Below are positions 62,450-64,000 of a stretch of 64,000 nucleotides of DNA, piece by piece (position 1 is the first letter of the stretch; every line of letters starts with the position of its first letter). Location of the stretch: NCBI GenBank assembly GCA_963695095.1, contig CAVOFT010000001.1, positions 1,216,001-1,280,000 on the forward strand, given 5' to 3'. The translations under genes were made by a program, and so were the position numbers. The notes under the pieces were generated by a model. The model ran no database searches. It saw nothing but the letters and a program-made list of their open reading frames with translations, and was not told the origin of the DNA. The stretch comes from an uncultured bacterium (GTDB lineage: Bacteria; Krumholzibacteriota; Krumholzibacteriia; JACNKJ01).

Positions 62450-64000
62450 ATGCGGCCACCCCTCACAGCGCTCCTGTGCCTGTTCGCCGCCGCCATCGCT
62501 CCCACCGGACAGGCGGCGGCTGCGGCTGCGATTGCGCCCGCCCTCGAGGCCCTGCTGGCGCCCGGGATGGCGCCGCGCCCGGTCTGGGTCTTCTTCACGG
62601 ACAAGGGCGCCGCGGCGCCAGAGCCCGCCGACCTGCGTGCGGCCGAGGCCGGCCTCAGCGCCCGGACCCTGGCTCGCCGTGCCCGCGTCGCTGCGCCCGG
62701 TGCGGCCTGGCGCGATCTGCCCAACGCAGCCGCCTATCGCGAGTGGCTGCGCGCGCGCGGGTTCGCCATCCGCGCCGAGAGTCGCTGGTTGGCTGCGGTG
62801 AGCGTGGTCGCCGGCCCCGGCGACCTGGCCCTGCTCGCCGAGGCTCCCTTCATCGCCCGACTGGCGCCCGTCGCCGCCGCGGCGCCGCGCGAGCCGCTGC
62901 TGGCGGTGGCCGGCCCGCCTCACTTCGCATCGAGTCGCGAGGATCCCCTGGACTACGGCGGCAGTCAGCCCGAGCTGGCGCAGATCAACGTGCCCGCCCT
63001 GCACCAGCTCGGCATCCACGGGGAAGGCGTCGTGGTGGGCATGCTGGATTCGGGCTTCGACACCACGCATGAGGCCTTCGCGAGCCTGGACGTGCTCGGC
63101 GCCTGGGACTTCATCAACGGGGATCCCGTCGTCGCCGACGAGCCCGGCGACCCGGACAACCAGGATCGCCACGGCACGATGACCCTGTCCACGATCGCCG
63201 GCTACAAGCCGGGCTCCCTGATCGGCCCTGCTTTCGCGGCAAGCTTCTACCTCGCCAAGACCGAGGACAACGGCCAGGAAGTCCCCATCGAGGAGGACTA
63301 CTGGGTGGCGGGGATCGAGTGGCTGGAGGCGCAGGGTTGCGATCTCGTCAGCTCGAGCCTGGCCTATGATGACTGGTACGCCTTCGCGGATTTCGACGGG
63401 AACACCTGCGTCACCACCATCGCCGCCGACCAGGCCGTGGCCCTCGGCATGGCCGTCTTCAACAGCGCGGGTAACTACCGGCTGAGCACGGGCACGATCG
63501 CGGCCCCGGCGGACGGCGACAGCGTGATCGCCGTCGGCGCGGTGGAGATCACCGGCGAGATCGCGAGCTTCAGCTCGCCGGGGCCGACGGCCGACGGACG
63601 CATCAAGCCGGATCTCTGCGCCCTCGGCGTCGCCAACAACGTGGTCAAGCCGGGTACCCTGGACGAGTACCAGGGCGCCTCGGGGACCAGCTTCGCCTGC
63701 CCGCTCACGGCCGGCGCGGCCGCGCTCCTGCTCAGCGCGCATCCCGGCGTCAGCCCCTGGTCCCTGCGCGAGGCCCTGCGCACTACGGCGAGCCAGGCGG
63801 AGGCGCCCGATAACGACTACGGCTGGGGCATCCTGGACGCCCTCGCCGCCCTTGGCTATCTCGACGCGCTCACCGCCGCTCCGGCCGGGGGCGCGCCGGC
63901 CCTGTCCATCGCCGGCAGCTGGCCCAATCCCTTCAATCCGTCCACGCAGATCGCGTTCAGCCTGGATCGCGAACTCAGCGTGTCGCTGAGCATCCACGAC
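62450..64000 (+). CDS. Secreted S8 subtilisin-like serine peptidase with FlgD-Ig domain (runs off window)
   Basis: GGAGG RBS before ATG 62450; MLDSG, RHGT, NSAGN and GTSFACP catalytic motifs; WPNPFNP near the edge. Absent from the ORF track because no stop lies in the window. Confidence 0.88.
   Translation, partial: MRPPLTALLCLFAAAIAPTGQAAAAAAIAPALEALLAPGMAPRPVWVFFTDKGAAAPEPADLRAAEAGLSARTLARRARVAAPGAAWRDLPNAAAYREWLRARGFAIRAESRWLAAVSVVAGPGDLALLAEAPFIARLAPVAAAAPREPLLAVAGPPHFASSREDPLDYGGSQPELAQINVPALHQLGIHGEGVVVGMLDSGFDTTHEAFASLDVLGAWDFINGDPVVADEPGDPDNQDRHGTMTLSTIAGYKPGSLIGPAFAASFYLAKTEDNGQEVPIEEDYWVAGIEWLEAQGCDLVSSSLAYDDWYAFADFDGNTCVTTIAADQAVALGMAVFNSAGNYRLSTGTIAAPADGDSVIAVGAVEITGEIASFSSPGPTADGRIKPDLCALGVANNVVKPGTLDEYQGASGTSFACPLTAGAAALLLSAHPGVSPWSLREALRTTASQAEAPDNDYGWGILDALAALGYLDALTAAPAGGAPALSIAGSWPNPFNPSTQIAFSLDRELSVSLSIHD

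Overview
High-GC bacterial chromosome segment. Four secreted proteins carry PNPFNP/FlgD-Ig C-terminal domains and one has a ...GSVKALYR tail, which suggests an FCB-group lineage such as Latescibacterota, Krumholzibacteriota or Eisenbacteria (inference). Left part: corA, mscS with a DUF432-like gene, fumC, a tetraheme cytochrome c/DsrO-like/NrfD(DsrP)-like module, a TetR-TolC-HlyD-ABC efflux operon, dedA, ettA, two secreted proteins and tRNA-fMet. The centre is a ~28.5 kb hydrogen supercluster: hypFCDEAB plus a GAF kinase; rex, hydC, a hydB fused to a GltD-like domain, hydA, a sensory [FeFe]-hydrogenase/histidine kinase fusion, REC, REC-kinase, hydE, hydG, aspA and hydF; and a convergent, heavily frameshifted group 3d hoxFUYHW operon with another REC gene. 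Right part: ftsB-like, eno, an ECF sigma/anti-sigma cluster, a BamA-family gene, ispH and secreted peptidases. The most novel signal is a small secreted CBM-like protein (19232-19828, minus) whose frame continues 58 codons past an in-frame UGA that is followed by a SECIS-like hairpin, a candidate undescribed extracellular selenoprotein. All calls come from reading motifs by eye; no database searches were run.
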